Positions 1 to 13,865 are shown, counted from the stretch's first letter. The stretch is DNA of 64,000 nt from Malacoraja senta (GCA_038087875.1 JAXLNO010000569.1:1-64000), one strand, 5' to 3'. Notes: generated by a model from the letters alone, not told the origin. A program made the numbers and translations.

Positions 1-20
1 TTTTATTGCTGTTTATCAAC

Positions 21-165
21 ATGAGGACCAAAGTTGTGCCAATGAAAGTCAAAGAAGCCATTATGAGACTGAGAAACAAGAATAAAACTGTTCGAGACAT
101 CAGCCAAACCTTAGGCTTACCCAAATCAACTGTTTGGAACATCATTAAGAAGAGAGAAAGTATTG
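21..165 (+). mobile_element. Tc1/mariner transposase N-terminal HTH fragment
   Basis: Translation MRTKVVPMKVKEAIMRLRNKNKTVRDISQTLGLPKSTVWNIIKK resembles the paired-like HTH of Tc1 transposases; truncated. Confidence 0.7.
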
Positions 166-169
166 TTAT

Positions 170-423
170 TTTTGACCACAGCCCTGTGCAACGAGATATA
201 GGCTGCCGGGACTGCCCGAGACCTCGACGCACTTGGCAGGTTGATCCTCCGTTGCAATCTAGGGAGTCCCTCAAAATATATATTTCTCAACAAATAGACA
301 CCTTTATGGAAATTAATAATATTCTGGACATGCACTTAGCGACGACCTGGGACGCTCTTTATGCCTGCCTTCGAGGCCAGATAATCTCATATACTGCATG
401 TGAGAGGAAGAAATATAAACAAA
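170..423 (+). mobile_element. L1/Tx1-like LINE ORF2 fragment (post-endonuclease region)
   Basis: ...TWDALYACLRGQIISY... matches the WDxxKAxxRGxIISY motif of L1-clade ORF2. Confidence 0.55.
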
Positions 424-1127
424 TATAGAAACATAGAAAATAGGTGCAGGAGGAGGCCATTCGGCCCTTCGAGCCTGCACCGCCATTCAATACAATCATG
501 GCTGATCATCCATCTCAGTATCCTGTACCTGCCTTCTCTCCATACCCCCTGATCCATTTAGCCACAAGGGCCACATCTAACTCCCTCTTAAATATAGCCA
601 ATGAACTGGCCTCATCCACCTTCTGTGGCAGAGAATTCCACAGATTCACCACACTCTGTGTGAAATATGTTTTTTCTCATCTCGGTCCTAAAAGACTTCC
701 CCCTTATCCTTAAACTGTGTGACCCCTTGTTCTGGACTTCCCCAACATCGGGAACAATCTTCCTGCATCTAGCCTGTCCAACACCTTAAGAATTTTGTAA
801 GTTTCTATAAGAACCCCCCTCAATCTTCTAAATTCTAGCGAGTACAAGCCGAGTCTATCCAGTCTTTCTTCATATGAAAGTCCTGCCATCCAAGGAATCA
901 GTCTGGTGAACCTTCTCTGTACTCCCTCGATGGCAAGATTGTATTTCCTCAGATTAGGAGACCAAAACTGTACGCAATACTCCAGGTGTGGTCTCATCAA
1001 GACCCTGTACAACTGCAGTGGAACCTCCCTGCTCCTAAACTCAAATCCTTTTGCTATGAATGCTAACATGCCATTCGCTTTCTTCACTGCCTGCTGCACC
1101 TGCATGCCTACTTTCAATGACTGGTGT
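424..1127 (-). mobile_element. CR1 LINE 3' fragment
   Basis: ORF2 C-terminus LYRVLMRPHLEYCVQFWSP...GLYSLEFRRLRG, plus 3' UTR and ATAGAAAC tail repeat. Confidence 0.9.
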
Positions 1128-4100
1128 ATAACCATAACAGCACGGAAACAGGCCATCTCGGCCCTTCAAGTCCGTGACGAACACTTTTTTTTCCTTTCTT
1201 TTTTTTAAAAACTCCCTTCTAGTCCCATCTACCTGCAATCAGACCATAACCCTCCATTCCTTTCCCGTCCATATACCCATCCAATCTATTTTAAAGGATA
1301 ACATCGAACCTGCCTCCACCACTTCCACTGGAAACTCATTCCACACAGCTACCACTCTCTGAATAAAGAAGTTCCCCCTAATGTTCCCCCTAAGCTTCTG
1401 TCCCTTAATTCTCAAGTCATGTCCCCTTGTTTGAATCTTCCCTACTCTCAATGGGAAAAGCTTATCCACGTCAACTCTGTCTAAGCCGCTCATAATTTTA
1501 AAGACCTCTATCAAGTCCCCTCTTAAGGTTCTGCGCTCCAAAGAATAAAGATCTAACTTGTTCAACCTTTCTCTGTAACTTAGTTGCTGAAACCCAGGCA
1601 ACATTCTAGTAAATCTCCTCTGTACTCTCTCTATTTTGTTGACATCCTTCCTATAATTAGATGACCAAAATTGTACTCCATACTCCAGAATTGGCCTCAC
1701 CAATGCCTTCTACAATTTTAACATTGCATCCCAACTTCTATATTCAATGCTCTGATTTATAAAGGCCAGCACACCAAAAGCTTTCTTTACCACCCTATCC
1801 TACATGAGATTCCACCTTCAGTGAACTATGCACAGTTATTCCTAGATCCCTCTGTTCAACTGCATTCCTCAATTCGCTACCATGTACGTCCTATTTTGAT
1901 TTGTCCTGCCGAGATGTAGGACCTCACATTTGTCAGCATTAAAGTCCATCTGCCATCTTTCAGCCCACTCTTCCAAATGGCCTAAATCTCTCTGTAGACT
2001 TTGAAAATCTACTTCATTATCCACAACACCAGCTATCTTAGTATCATCTGCATACTTACTAATCCAATTTTCCACACCATCATCCAGATCATTGATGTAC
2101 ATGACAAACAACAGTGGACCCAACACAGACCCCTGAGGCACCCCACTAGTCACCGGCCTCCAACCTGACAAACAGCCATCCACCATTACTCTCTGGCATC
2201 TCCCATTCAGCCACTGTTGAATCCATCTTGCAACTCCACCATTAATACCCAACAATTGAATCTTCTTAACCAACCTTCCATGAGGAACATTGTCAAAGGC
2301 CTTACTGAAGTCCATATAGAAAACATCCACTGCTTTACCCTCATCAATTTCCCTAGTAACCTCTTCGAAAAATTCAAGAAGATTAGTCAAGCATGACCTT
2401 CCAGGCACAAATCCATGTTGACTGTTCCTAACCAGACCCTGCTTATCCAGATGCTTATATATATTATCTTTAAGTATCCTTTCCATTAATTTGCCCACCA
2501 CTGACGTCAAACTAACAGGTCTATAATTGCTAGGTTTACTCTTAGAACCCTTTTTAAACAACGGAACAACATGCGCAGTACGCCAATCCTCCGGCACTAT
2601 TCCCGTTTCTAAAGACATTTGAAATATTTCTGTCATAGCCCCTGCTATTTCTACACTAACTTCCCGCAATATCCTAGGGAATATCCCGTCAGGACCTGGA
2701 GACTTATCCGTTTTCATATTTTTCAAAAGTGTCCGCACCTCCTCTCTTTGAATCTCAGTTTCCATTGCTATTCTGCTTGTTTCCCTTACCTCACATAATT
2801 CCATAGCCTTCTCCTTGGTGAGTACCGAAGAAAATAAATTGTTCAATATCTCCCCCATCTCTTTTGGCTCTGCAGATAGCTGTCCACTCTGACTCTCTAA
2901 TGGACCAATTGTATTCCTTGTTATCCTTTTGCTATTAATATAGCTGTAGAAGCCCTTTAGATTTACTTTCACCTTACTTGCAAAAGCAACCTCATATCTT
3001 CTTTTAGCTTTTCTAATTTCTTTCTTAATATTCATTTTACATTCTTTATACTCCTCAAGCACCTCATTTACTCCATGCTGCCTATAATTATTGTAGATCT
3101 CTCTCTTTTTCCGAACCAAGAGTCCAATTTCCCGTGAAAACCATGGCTCTTTCCAATTTTTACTATTTCCATTCAACCGAACAGGGACATAAAGATTCCG
3201 TACTCTTAAAATTTCACCTTTAAATGTCCTCCATTTCTCTTCTACATCCTTCCCATAAAACAACATGTCCCAATTCACTCCTTTTAAATCCTTTCGCATC
3301 TCCTCAAAGTTAGCCTTTCTCCAATCCAAAATCTCAACCCGAGGTCCAGTTCTGACCCTCTCCATAATTATATTGAAACTAATGGTATTGTGATCACTGG
3401 ACACGAAGTGCTCCCCGACGCATACCTCCGCCACCTGCCCTGTCTCATTTTCTAACAGGAGGTCCAGCATTACCCCTTCTCTAGTAGGTACCTCTATGTA
3501 TTGCTGCAAAATACTAGCCTGCACACATTTTACAAACTCCAAACCATCCAGCCCTTTTACAGAATGCGTTTCCCAGTCTATGTGTGGAAAATTGAAATCT
3601 CCCACAATCACTACCTTGTGCTTACCACTAATATCTGCTATTTCCTTACATATTTGCTCTTCCAATTCTCGCTCCCCATTTCGCGGTCTATAATACACCC
3701 CTATAAGTGTTGCTACACCTTTACCATTTCTCAGTTCCACCCAAATAGAGCCCTCTAATCTATCCTGCCAAAGCGCTGCTGTAATATCTTCCTTGACAAG
3801 CAATGCAACACCCCCACCTCTTTCTTGACAAGCAATGCAACACCCCCACCTCTTGCCCCTCCAATTCCATCACCCCTAAAGCAACGAAATCCTGGAATAT
3901 TTCGTTTCCAATCACAGCCCTTCTGCAACCATGTTTCACTGATCGCCACAACATCATACTTCCAGGTGTCAATCCAGGCTCTAAGCTCATCCACCTTCCT
4001 TACAATGCTCCTAGCATTAAAATATACACATTTAAGAAACCCACCACCACTTATTGTCTGTGTATTATCTTTTTCTTCTTTCTGTTCTACATTTTGGGTC

Positions 4101-4305
4101 CGAGTGCTTCCCTTCTCTGCCTCCTGCCTCCCACATTTTCTACTAGCTTTCTCTATTTGTGTCCCTCCTCCCAACCGTTCTAGTTTAAATTCTCCCCAGT
4201 AGCCTTTGCAAATCTCCCCGCCAGGATATTGGCCCCCTCGGGTTCAAGTGCAACCCGTCCTTTGTGTACAGGTCACACCTTCCCCGAAAGAGGTCCCAAT
4301 GATCC
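1128..4305 (-). mobile_element. CR1 LINE: ORF1 3' end plus near-complete but frameshifted ORF2 (APE endonuclease + RT)
   Basis: ORF1 esterase-like DHWDLFRGRCDLYTKDGLHLN at ~4235-4304; endonuclease CVYFNARS, VAISETWL, GDFN, SDH; RT KSPGPDG, GVPQGSVLGP, YADD; C-terminal RPILEYGVQFWS; 32-bp tandem duplication near 3792-3855 breaks the frame. Confidence 0.92.
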
Positions 4306-6420
4306 TTTATTCAATTCCAATTTGTGGTGATAATCCATAGATGTCGAGTGAATCAAGGAAAGCTGTTGGGAAGCATTAGTTCCCACAGTGACACCATTGA
4401 TTGAAAAGTACTCCTTATTAATTCCAGGGAAGCATCTGATACATGGAGAATTGATGCTTCTCATCGTATCGTTGTGCGGAACCAAGATACAATTGTCGGA
4501 GAATAATTCTACAGGATTGTCAAATGCGGGATAGATGAAATCAATACAATATTTTTGCTGATAGAACCATGTCTTCTGGCATTACAATTTCATCGTCTTA
4601 ATTCTTTCAAATCTAGTCTTCTTCAACTTTCAACACAAATGAGAATAGTCCCCTTTCCCCTCTCTCAATCCCATATTCGTCTGTATTTGAAACTAGGTAG
4701 CGCTGCCGTGACCTACCGCTGCCGTGGCCAACCGCTACCGCTGCCGCGGCCTTCCACTGCCTGCCGATGCCGTGACCTACAGCTGCCGTGGCCTTCCGCT
4801 GCCGTGGCCTTCCGCTGTCTCTCCCCACCGGCTACAGGAGGGGGCCTGTAGGGTGCATCCTGCAGCTGGGGAGACCGACGGCTTCAGGCGGGGGCCGGTG
4901 GGGGCGGAGGCGGAAAGTGTCCTGCAGCTGGGGAAGGGGACGGCTTCAGGCGGGGGCTGTTGGGAGCGTCCTGCCGCTGGAGGAAGGGGACAGCTTCAGT
5001 TGGGGGGCAGCGGGAGCGTCCTGTAACCGGGGACGAGGACGGCTTCAGTCGGGGGCTGTCAGGGGCCGTTTGGGGGGGGTTGCGAGCGACATGCAGCCGG
5101 GGAGTCTCATTCTGCAGCCGGGGGATTGGGACAGCTTCAGGAGGGGCCTAACGGGGGGGAGCATCCAACAGCTGGGGGAGTGGCACGGCTTCAGGCGGCG
5201 CCTGTCTAGTGCAGTTGGGTGGGGGTAGGGCTTCAGACGGGGGCTGTCGGAGCCGGTGGTGGAGAGGGGAGCATCCGGCAGCCGGGAGGGGGGGACGGCT
5301 TCAGGCGGGGGCTGTCATGGCCGGTTCGGGCGATGATCTTGCAGCAGGGGGATGGGGACGGCTTCAGGCGGGGTTCGTCGCGGCCGGTTGGCGGGGGGTC
5401 TTGAAGCAGGGGGACAGGGACAGCTTCAGGCGGGGGTTGTGGGGGCCAGTGGGGGGGGGCGAGCATCCTGCAGCTGGGGACGGGGAGGGCGACGGTTTCA
5501 GGTGGGGGCCGGAGGGCTAGTACAGGCATTGTGGGCCGAATAGACTTTTCTTGGGCTAGTCCTGCAGCTGGGGACGGGGAGGGCGACGGTTTCAGGTGGG
5601 GGCCGGGGGGGCGGCGCTACCGTGGCCTACGTTTGGGGAGGGGTGTGTGCTAGGGGAGGGGTGTGCGTGAATGTGTGTGCGGTGGTGCTGTGCCCCGGCC
5701 AGCGCACGGCCCCCGCCAGCGCCCGGATCCCTCAATCCCCCCACACTCACTCGTTACTTCCGCAGGATCTGGAGGTTGCAGCAGTCGGCCAGGCTCCGGA
5801 CCGCTCCCCACTCCGGGCCGCCTCCTGGGTTCCTCGACTCGGGGCGCTCCTAGGCTCACCAGCGGCTGCGGGGCTCACCGGCTTCGGGACGGCTCCGGCC
5901 TCACCGACTTCGGGACGGCTTCGGGACGGCTTTGGGGCGGCTTCGGGGCTCACCGGCTTCGGGACGTCTTCGGGGCTCACTGGCTTCCGGATGGCTTCGC
6001 GGCGGGACGGATTCGGGACGGATTCGGGACGGATTCAGGACGGATTCAGGACGGATTCAGGACGGATTCGAGATGGATTCGGCAACGATTCAGGACGACC
6101 GCGGGGCTCAGGGCAGCGGGGCTCCGTTGCTTTATTCTCCTCGCCCCGGTGATTGACAGCGGGTGCCGGAAGGGGCGTGGTCGTCCCGGCGTATGACAGG
6201 AGAGAAGACCAATCTGCTGATATTACAATTTTTAAACCTTCGTAACTTTTGTAATATTCCACCGATCGGAAGAAACCTTGGTGCGCTTGTAGCACAGGGC
6301 AACGGCGAGTAAGGCGGGGGTGGGGGGGGGGGTCGTAGCGTTATCGGGGACCGTCTTTGCGCAAATGTAAATAAAGCGCAATCCGGAAGAGGACAAGATG
6401 AGTTTTAGTTAAGTATCGAA
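4301..6420 (-). mobile_element. Helitron-derived segment with GC-rich minisatellites (unit 1)
   Basis: Homologous to 21927-26078, which carries Pif1-helicase motifs; contains GGCTTCAGGCGGGG and CCGCTGCCGTGG repeats; ends at the GATA array. Confidence 0.6.
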
Positions 6421-7195
<775 letters not shown>

Positions 7196-7799
7196 CCACG
7201 GCCGCCCTCCGCCCCAGTCTCCCCCTGTGCGGCCGCACTGTCACGGGCTGTGGGTCGGCAGCGCCCACACACACGGGGCCGGGTGGAGCAGGGCCGCGGC
7301 TCTGGGCAGTCGACACACGGGGACGAAAACCCGGCAACGACCCCGTCAGCTGCAGCAGAGTTGGGGAGAGTCTGTTCCCCCCACCCACCCAGAGTCACTG
7401 ACACTCCTCCCCCCTACCGACCACCCCCCGACCACCTGGCAACATCCCCGTCAGCTGCAGCAGAGTTGGGGACAGTCTGGTCCCTCCGCCCACCCAGAGT
7501 CACTGACCGCGCTGCACCGGCACCGGACACAAACCCCCTCCCCCCCCCCGAACACCCCTCGACCCCCAGCCGCGGGGATAGACGGCCCGGGGTACGTGAG
7601 TGTGGAACCAGTCAGCGTAGCGTCCGAATGGTGGGACAGAAAACTGGCCCGTTGCACTGGAAGCCGTGGTAAGTGCTTACGCGACGTTCACCGCATGTAT
7701 TGCAGTTGGCTTTGCGTGGCAACAGTACAGGTCACGGGTCGTGATCCCGACTGCCGAGCATCCTCCCTATAGATTGGTCAGAGTAGGTGAATCGAGGTC

Positions 7800-8127
7800 C
7801 AAATCAAGTCAAATCAAGTCAAGTCAAGTTTATTCGTCACATACACATACGAGATGTGCAGTGACATGGAAAGTGGCAATGCTGGCGGATTGTGCAAAAA
7901 ACTACAAAACAGAATGGACAGAATCACATATTCACATATTACATATTTGTGGGAGGAAAAAAAGAAAAAAATAGCAATTTTTAAAACGACACCACACAAC
8001 AGTAAAATGGTTCAGTAAAGTTAGTCCCTGGTGAGATAGGGGTTTACAGTCCTAATGGCCTCTGGGAAGAAACTCCTTCTCATCCACTCCGTTTTCACAG
8101 CATGGCAACGGAGGCGTTTGCCTGACC
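7800..8127 (-). mobile_element. Rex1/Babar-like LINE 3' end
   Basis: Minus strand reads SGKRLRCHAVKTEWMRRSFFPEAIR, similar to the Rex/Babar ORF C-terminus; (TCAAG)n tail; second copy at ~61333-61660. Confidence 0.6.
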
Positions 8128-8709
8128 AGACGACGTTGATGCAAGGTGAAGGACAAAAAGAGTTAATAGGAATCTAGGAGTAACGTTTCCACACAGAGGG
8201 TGGTGGGTGTATGGAACTAGCTGCCAGAGGAGATAGTTAAGGTTGGGACTATCACAACGTTTAAGAAACAGCTACAAGGTTACACCGAGAGGACGGGTTT
8301 GGAGGGATATGGACCAGACGCCAGGGACTAGTGCAACTGGGACACGTTGGTCGGTTTGGACGTAGGGCCGAAGGGCCTGTTTCCACGCTGTATCACACCA
8401 AGGGCGGCACATTGGTTGCACTACTGCTACAAAACGCCAGGGACCAGGGTTCTATCCTACCCTCGTCTGCTGTCTGTGTGTAAGTGTGCACATTCGCCCT
8501 GTGACCGCGTGAGTTTCCTCTGAGTGGCCTAAGATCCTCTTTCCCACGCTGTATCCAACTTAAACCAAATCACATTGAAATTGCACATGCCATGTCTCAC
8601 AGTGTGCTCGGGGGGTGGGGGTGGCAGTTTACGGAGGGAAGTCATCATTGAGCTAAACATAGCACACGGTCAAACTGTGCACAGTCCGACTGAGCAAAGG
8701 ATGCAGAAA

Positions 8710-9097
8710 TTTCTTATAGAAACATATACCATTATAAAAGGACTGGACAAACTAGATGCAGGAAAAATATTCCCTATGTTGGGCGAGTCCAGAACCAGCG
8801 GCCACAGTCTTAGAATAAAGGTGAGGCCATTTAAAACTGAGAAAAAACTTTCTCACCCAGGGAGTTGTGAATTTGTGGGATTCCCTGCCACAGAGGGCAG
8901 TGGAGGCCAAATCACCGGATGGATTTAAGAGAGAGTTAGATAGAGCTCGAGGGGCCAGTGGAATCAAGGGATATGGGGAGAAAGCAGGCACAGGTTAGTG
9001 ATTGGGGACGATCTGCCATTATGACAATGAATGGCGGTGCTTGCTCGAAGGGCCGGATGGCCTCCTCCTGCACCTATTGTCCATGTTTCTATTTCTA
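8710..9097 (+). mobile_element. CR1 LINE 3' fragment in the GPCR upstream region
   Basis: LIETYTIIKGLDKLDAGKIFPMLGESRTSGH plus CR1 3' UTR; equivalents at ~27415-27805, 28890-29285, 42200-42465 and 62255-62620. Confidence 0.85.
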
Positions 9098-9491
9098 TGA
9101 ATATTTCAGCATCTGTCTTGCAATATCAGTGATGTCATGGTATGAATTATGATTTATTTTGGGGGTAAAAAACAAAACTGGAATGGTAGATGAGTTCACT
9201 GGAGATGTCCATCGAAATCACACCAACATTAAATGAAATAACACAGTGTCATGGACCATTCTTTCATTGGAAAGCATAAATTCTTGTTTTCAGTGAAAAA
9301 TAGACAAAGTGCTGGTGTAACAGAGGGTCAGGCAACATTTTTGGAGAACGTGTATAGGTGAATTTCGGATAGTGACCATTCTTCAGACTCTGTTTTCAAC
9401 GACTCGCTTCGTGTTTTTTTTTACTCGATCCTTAAATTATTTGCTTGTCATCTCCCATGGTGGAGTTAATGGCTGTGGCGCAAGGTGTTTG

Positions 9492-9613
9492 TTCCGTGAG
9501 TGTCACTAATGTCAATCAGCAGGTATGAGGTCATGTCGCTGGAGACCTATCGCTCTATATATCTCGGTGCCCACCAGAAGGCATCGCCACAGAGCTACAG
9601 CGATGACGGACTG
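9492..9613 (+). promoter_or_regulatory. Candidate core promoter of GPCR copy 1 (TGAGGTCA at 9526-9533, TATATAT at 9556-9562)
   Basis: TATA-like box ~90 bp upstream of the ATG; block identical in all four copies. Confidence 0.45.
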
Positions 9614-9647
9614 AGGGTGCCACAGGAGTTAATTGTGTCTTCCAGCT

Positions 9648-9717
9648 ATGGAATATCCATTGATCTATCGAATTGAAGATATATATCACCCTACAATAGC
9701 GGCTGTCGCTGTTTTCG
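9648..9717 (+). CDS. GPR139/142-like class A GPCR copy 1, coding exon 1
   Basis: ATG..MEYPLIYRIEDIYHPTIAAVAVF+G then gtaatt donor; phase 1 joins exon 2 (G+TG=Val) and completes TM1. Confidence 0.85.
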
Positions 9718-10343
9718 GTAATTTGGTTTGTCTCTGATTTCCATGTACGCGCATTAGCTGTGAGACATTCCGTACACTCCGGGTGTGCCGACTTTAAACA
9801 AAATTGTTTGTGTTTCAATAATTCACTTGTTTAATTTGGTTAGACATCCATGTTCCTACTTAACTGCCGCAATGTGTACGTCATGCCCGTTGTTTATCCC
9901 GGCCTGGATCACTGTCTGTACTGATTGCGCCGGCCAGAGCCCTGACCAGCGAGCAGGTATCAGATAATCACACCCTGGTATGTTGGTCAGGAGCTGTGAG
10001 AATGGCAACTTGAGTTGCTTCCGTGGAGAGTCTGAAACGTGTTAGTGAAATGACATGTGTTCCTAGTCGGACGAACCTGCTTAACTGAATATATAATCGA
10101 TATATTTTCTGCACTCGTCGCTGCGTGAAGCGTAATCCCGCGTTAGACCTGTAATGCTACAGCTCATGAGATAAAGCAAGTGAATGTCACCAGCTGGGAT
10201 CTGACTCTATGAAGGTGTCACGACTTTACTATGATGTAAACTCAGATGTTAACTCAGATGTAAACAGATGGTGTCACGTAATTTTGTATCAGTTAATGTT
10301 ATGTACTTTGATATCTTCTCCTTCGGACGATCTGTAAATTCGA

Positions 10344-13300
10344 TTTTTTTCATCTTTTAATATTTTATTTATTAGAAGTAATGTACATTACAGTGATATA
10401 AGCCCAAAATAACATAATACATTTCCTGTACCAATTCTTGTTTTAAACTTTAAAAAGCAGAAGAATAGAGAGAGTTAGATAAGATAGTAAGTGCGTGAAA
10501 GAGTGATCAGGAGAAACCCGTAGAAACGTAAAACACGAGAAAGAGTTAAAAAGAAAACAAAAGAAAAAATAAAGCGAAAAATAGAAAACAGAAGATATAA
10601 GAAAGTAAAATAAGATAAAAGGGATGTCCCTACTTCGTATCTTTACACACCCCTCACCGGGTCCTGAAACCATTTATTTTCAAAGTTATGTTGCACCCTA
10701 TGCTTGCAATAAGTCGATAAATGGAGACCAAATATTTTGGAAATGGTCTGATTTGCCTGCTAGGGGGAATCTCATGTCTTCTAGGTGTAGCATTTCGGAC
10801 ATATTTGAAATCCACATTTTTATCGTTGGTGTGGGAGCGTTTTTCCAGAATTTAAATATAAGTTTTTTTGCCATTATTAAGCCGTAATTAAGGAAGCTCT
10901 TTTGGAACGAAGTCAGCTCAAAGCTGGCTTCCATTGTTCCAAAAATAATCAATTCTGCGTTCGGTTTCAGTTCTATTTTAAATAATTTTGTAAAAATTTC
11001 AAAGATTTAATTCCAAATTGTTTGGATTTTTATACAAAAAACAAAGGCACGCGCTATAGTTGCTTCTTGGGACAGACATTTATCACAGATGAGGGAGACA
11101 TTTGGAAAAAAATTACTTATTTAATTTTTGAGTAATATAGTCTATGTAAAGTTTTAAATTTGATTAGCAAGTGTTTATCCCAACTCTCTTTCGAGATTTG
11201 TATAGCTAGTTCTTGTTCCCAATCTCTTCTAATTCTATCGGATGATGGTATTTCTATATTTAGGATGACATTATACAAGTTTGATATTAAATTACTTGAT
11301 TCCGCCTTTATACTCATTGCTTCGTCTAATAGGTCTGGAGACAAATTTTGATATTCTTGTGTATATTTTTTCAAATAATCACGGATTTGAAAATATTTAA
11401 ATTTTGATTACTTCTCAGATTGTATTTAAGTTGTAGTTGTTGGAATGATAAAAAAAAAAATCAATTTTCATACATGTCTCCAAACGTTTTAATTCCTATT
11501 CTTTCCCAGGGTGTAAATGATTTATCTATAATAGATGGTTTAAACGACGGATTATTAACTATGGGAGAGAGAAGCGATAGGTTTCTTTATTTTAGGGTTA
11601 ATTTTATTTGTCTCCAAATCTAATTGTACTATGAATAATTGGATTTTTACTGTATATTGTATTATTCAGTTTTATTGGTGAGAGAAGGATCGCTCCTATA
11701 TTAAAAGGGAAGCAATCCTCTCTCTCCATTACTATCCAATCCAGCCGCTGGGCAGAGTTGTCCAACAGGTGAATCACATTTTTGACATTTGTTGCCCAAT
11801 TATAATACAAAAATTAGGGAGTGTTAATCCACCAAATTATCTAGGTTTGCACAAATGTCTTCTTTGAATTCTATGGGATATATAGTCCCATATAAAATTT
11901 GTGATATCGGAATCCAGTTTAAAAAAATACTTTTTGGTAAGTATATTTATATTGATTGGAATAGATATAAAATTCGAGGTAGAAAGATCATTTTTACGGC
12001 ATTTATTCGGCCTATTAAAGACATCGGAAGAGTTTTCCAAAATTTAATCAGGGCGTTTAATTTATTAAGTAGGGGCATATAGTTTGCATTAAATAAAGAT
12101 TTTTATTTTCTGGAAATTTCAATTCCCAAATATTTTTTTTTTCTGTAGCAATTTTAAAAGGGAATTTTAACAGGTGTGTTTAGTCTTGGGGTTTTATCGT
12201 CATAATTTCACTTCTATTCCAATTTATTCTATTTCCCGAAAAGGATCCAAATTCCTCTATTAGATTTAATATATTTGGTATACTGATTTGTGATTTTGTG
12301 ATGTATAGTAGTACATCATCTGCGTATAATGATATTTTATTATTTGAGTATTTGTATTATAACCATGGATATTCGGATGTGTTCTAATGCTTTCAGCTAG
12401 AGGTTCTATTACAAGACAAATAGCAGAGGTGATAGTGAGCATCCCTGTCTATTGCCCCTTGATAAATGAAATTTCGGGGACAACATTTTATTAGGTAATA
12501 TTCTAGCAGTGGGCCTGTCATATAATAGTTTTACCCATGAGATAAAATTCTGTCCCATTTGAAATTTTTGCAATACTTTAACAAGGTAGTCCGATTCCAC
12601 TTGATCGAATGCTTTTTCTGCGTCCAATGAAATAATTGATCTTCAGTTTGATATGAATGCGTTATATTAAACAGACGTCTCAGATTATTGCATGAATATC
12701 TCTTGGGTATAAACCCCGTTTGATCCGCATTGATGAATTTACTAACATATTTACTTAATCTTCTAGCTAATGTTTTTGCTGGTATTTTTTTTATCTGTAT
12801 TTAACAGCGCAATGGCTCTGTATGAACCAGGGTCTTCTAAATCTTTATCTTTTTTAGGTATAAGTGTAATCGTTGATTCCGCTAATGTTTCTGGTAATGT
12901 TTGTTCTTTACCAGCATATGTATACATTTTACTTAAACGTGGTGAAATTATCTCATAAAATCTTTTATAAAATTCATTACTAAATCCATCTGGTCCTGGT
13001 GTTTTTCCATCCTTTAGTGAGTTTATTGTTTCTTCTATTTCCTTAATTGAGATTTGTGCTCCTAATTCCTCTTGTTCGATCAGGTTAAGTTTTGGGAGAT
13101 TACAGTTATCCAAGAACTCTATAACTTTAGTACTATCTGCTGACGTTTTAGATGTATATACATTTTTGATAAAATTTAGTAAACCTTTTATTAATATCTT
13201 TAGGTAGTGTTAACAATTCACCTTTATCTGATTTAATCTTTAAAATCGTATGATCTTTTTACCGTTTTATCAATTGACTTGTCAAAAGTTTATGCGGTTT

Positions 13301-13429
13301 ACCACCAAATTAAAAAATTTCCTGCTTTGTAATTTGAAATAATCTTATAACTTTTGCTGATAATATTTTATTTAATTACATTTTAATATTGTTATTTTAT
13401 TATGTTCATCTACAGTTGGTTCTTTAGCG
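10344..13429 (-). mobile_element. 5'-truncated, degenerate L1-clade LINE in the intron of copy 1
   Basis: GKTPGPDG, SYRAIALLNTD, DAEKAFD, RQGCSLSPLLF, YADD; T-rich tail at left end; TSD aaattcga (10336-10343) / aaatgcga (13430-13437). Confidence 0.9.
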
Positions 13430-13497
13430 AAATGCGAATTTATATCCGCAGATGTATCTGTACATGCTCGCCACCGTGCCACAGTCAGTACTGACTG

Positions 13498-13865
13498 CAA
13501 GGGCGTAAATTCTGGGGAGGGACGGGAGCACACCCCCCCCCGGTGCTTTGAGAAGTGGGGGACAATCCCACCTATGTTTTGTAATCCGGAATTTATCAGA
13601 CGCTTTCTAAGGGCTGAATCGGCCAGTTCGCGGGGCCTTTCATCGCCCAGCGCGGCTTAAAATCAACCTGCTGCATCCAGGCGCCCGAGACTCCCCATGT
13701 TGAAGCCACCGCCGGCCGATGAAAGGCCCTGCGATTGGCAGATTCAAGCCCCACCATCCGAGGCGGACGAAGGTGCTGTTGCTGAAGTTCGGAGTCGGTC
13801 ACCAACCAGGTCAGCTTCCGATGTTACCGCCCCCCCCCATGTTTTGATAGCGATTTCCGTGCCCG
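13498..13865. mobile_element. hAT-type MITE in GPCR intron (copy 1)
   Basis: Imperfect ~13-bp TIRs; 8-bp TSD clearest in copy 2; present in all four introns. Confidence 0.5.

Noticed and set aside
5870..6100. CRISPR-like or other functional repeat array (GGCTTCGGGAC / GGATTCAGGAC units)
   Set aside because: Eukaryotic tandem 11-mer minisatellite without unique spacers or cas genes
4555..6295. Many overlapping G/R/A-rich ORFs (also 23.8-26 kb, 39.6-41.4 kb and 58.3-60 kb)
   Set aside because: GC-rich minisatellite lacking stops; frames are not conserved between paralogous units
9451..9472. O/E(EBF)-like site TCCCATGGTG next to TAATGG, reminiscent of olfactory-receptor promoters
   Set aside because: Two mismatches to TCCCNNGGGA, and the TAAT is not conserved in copies 2 and 4
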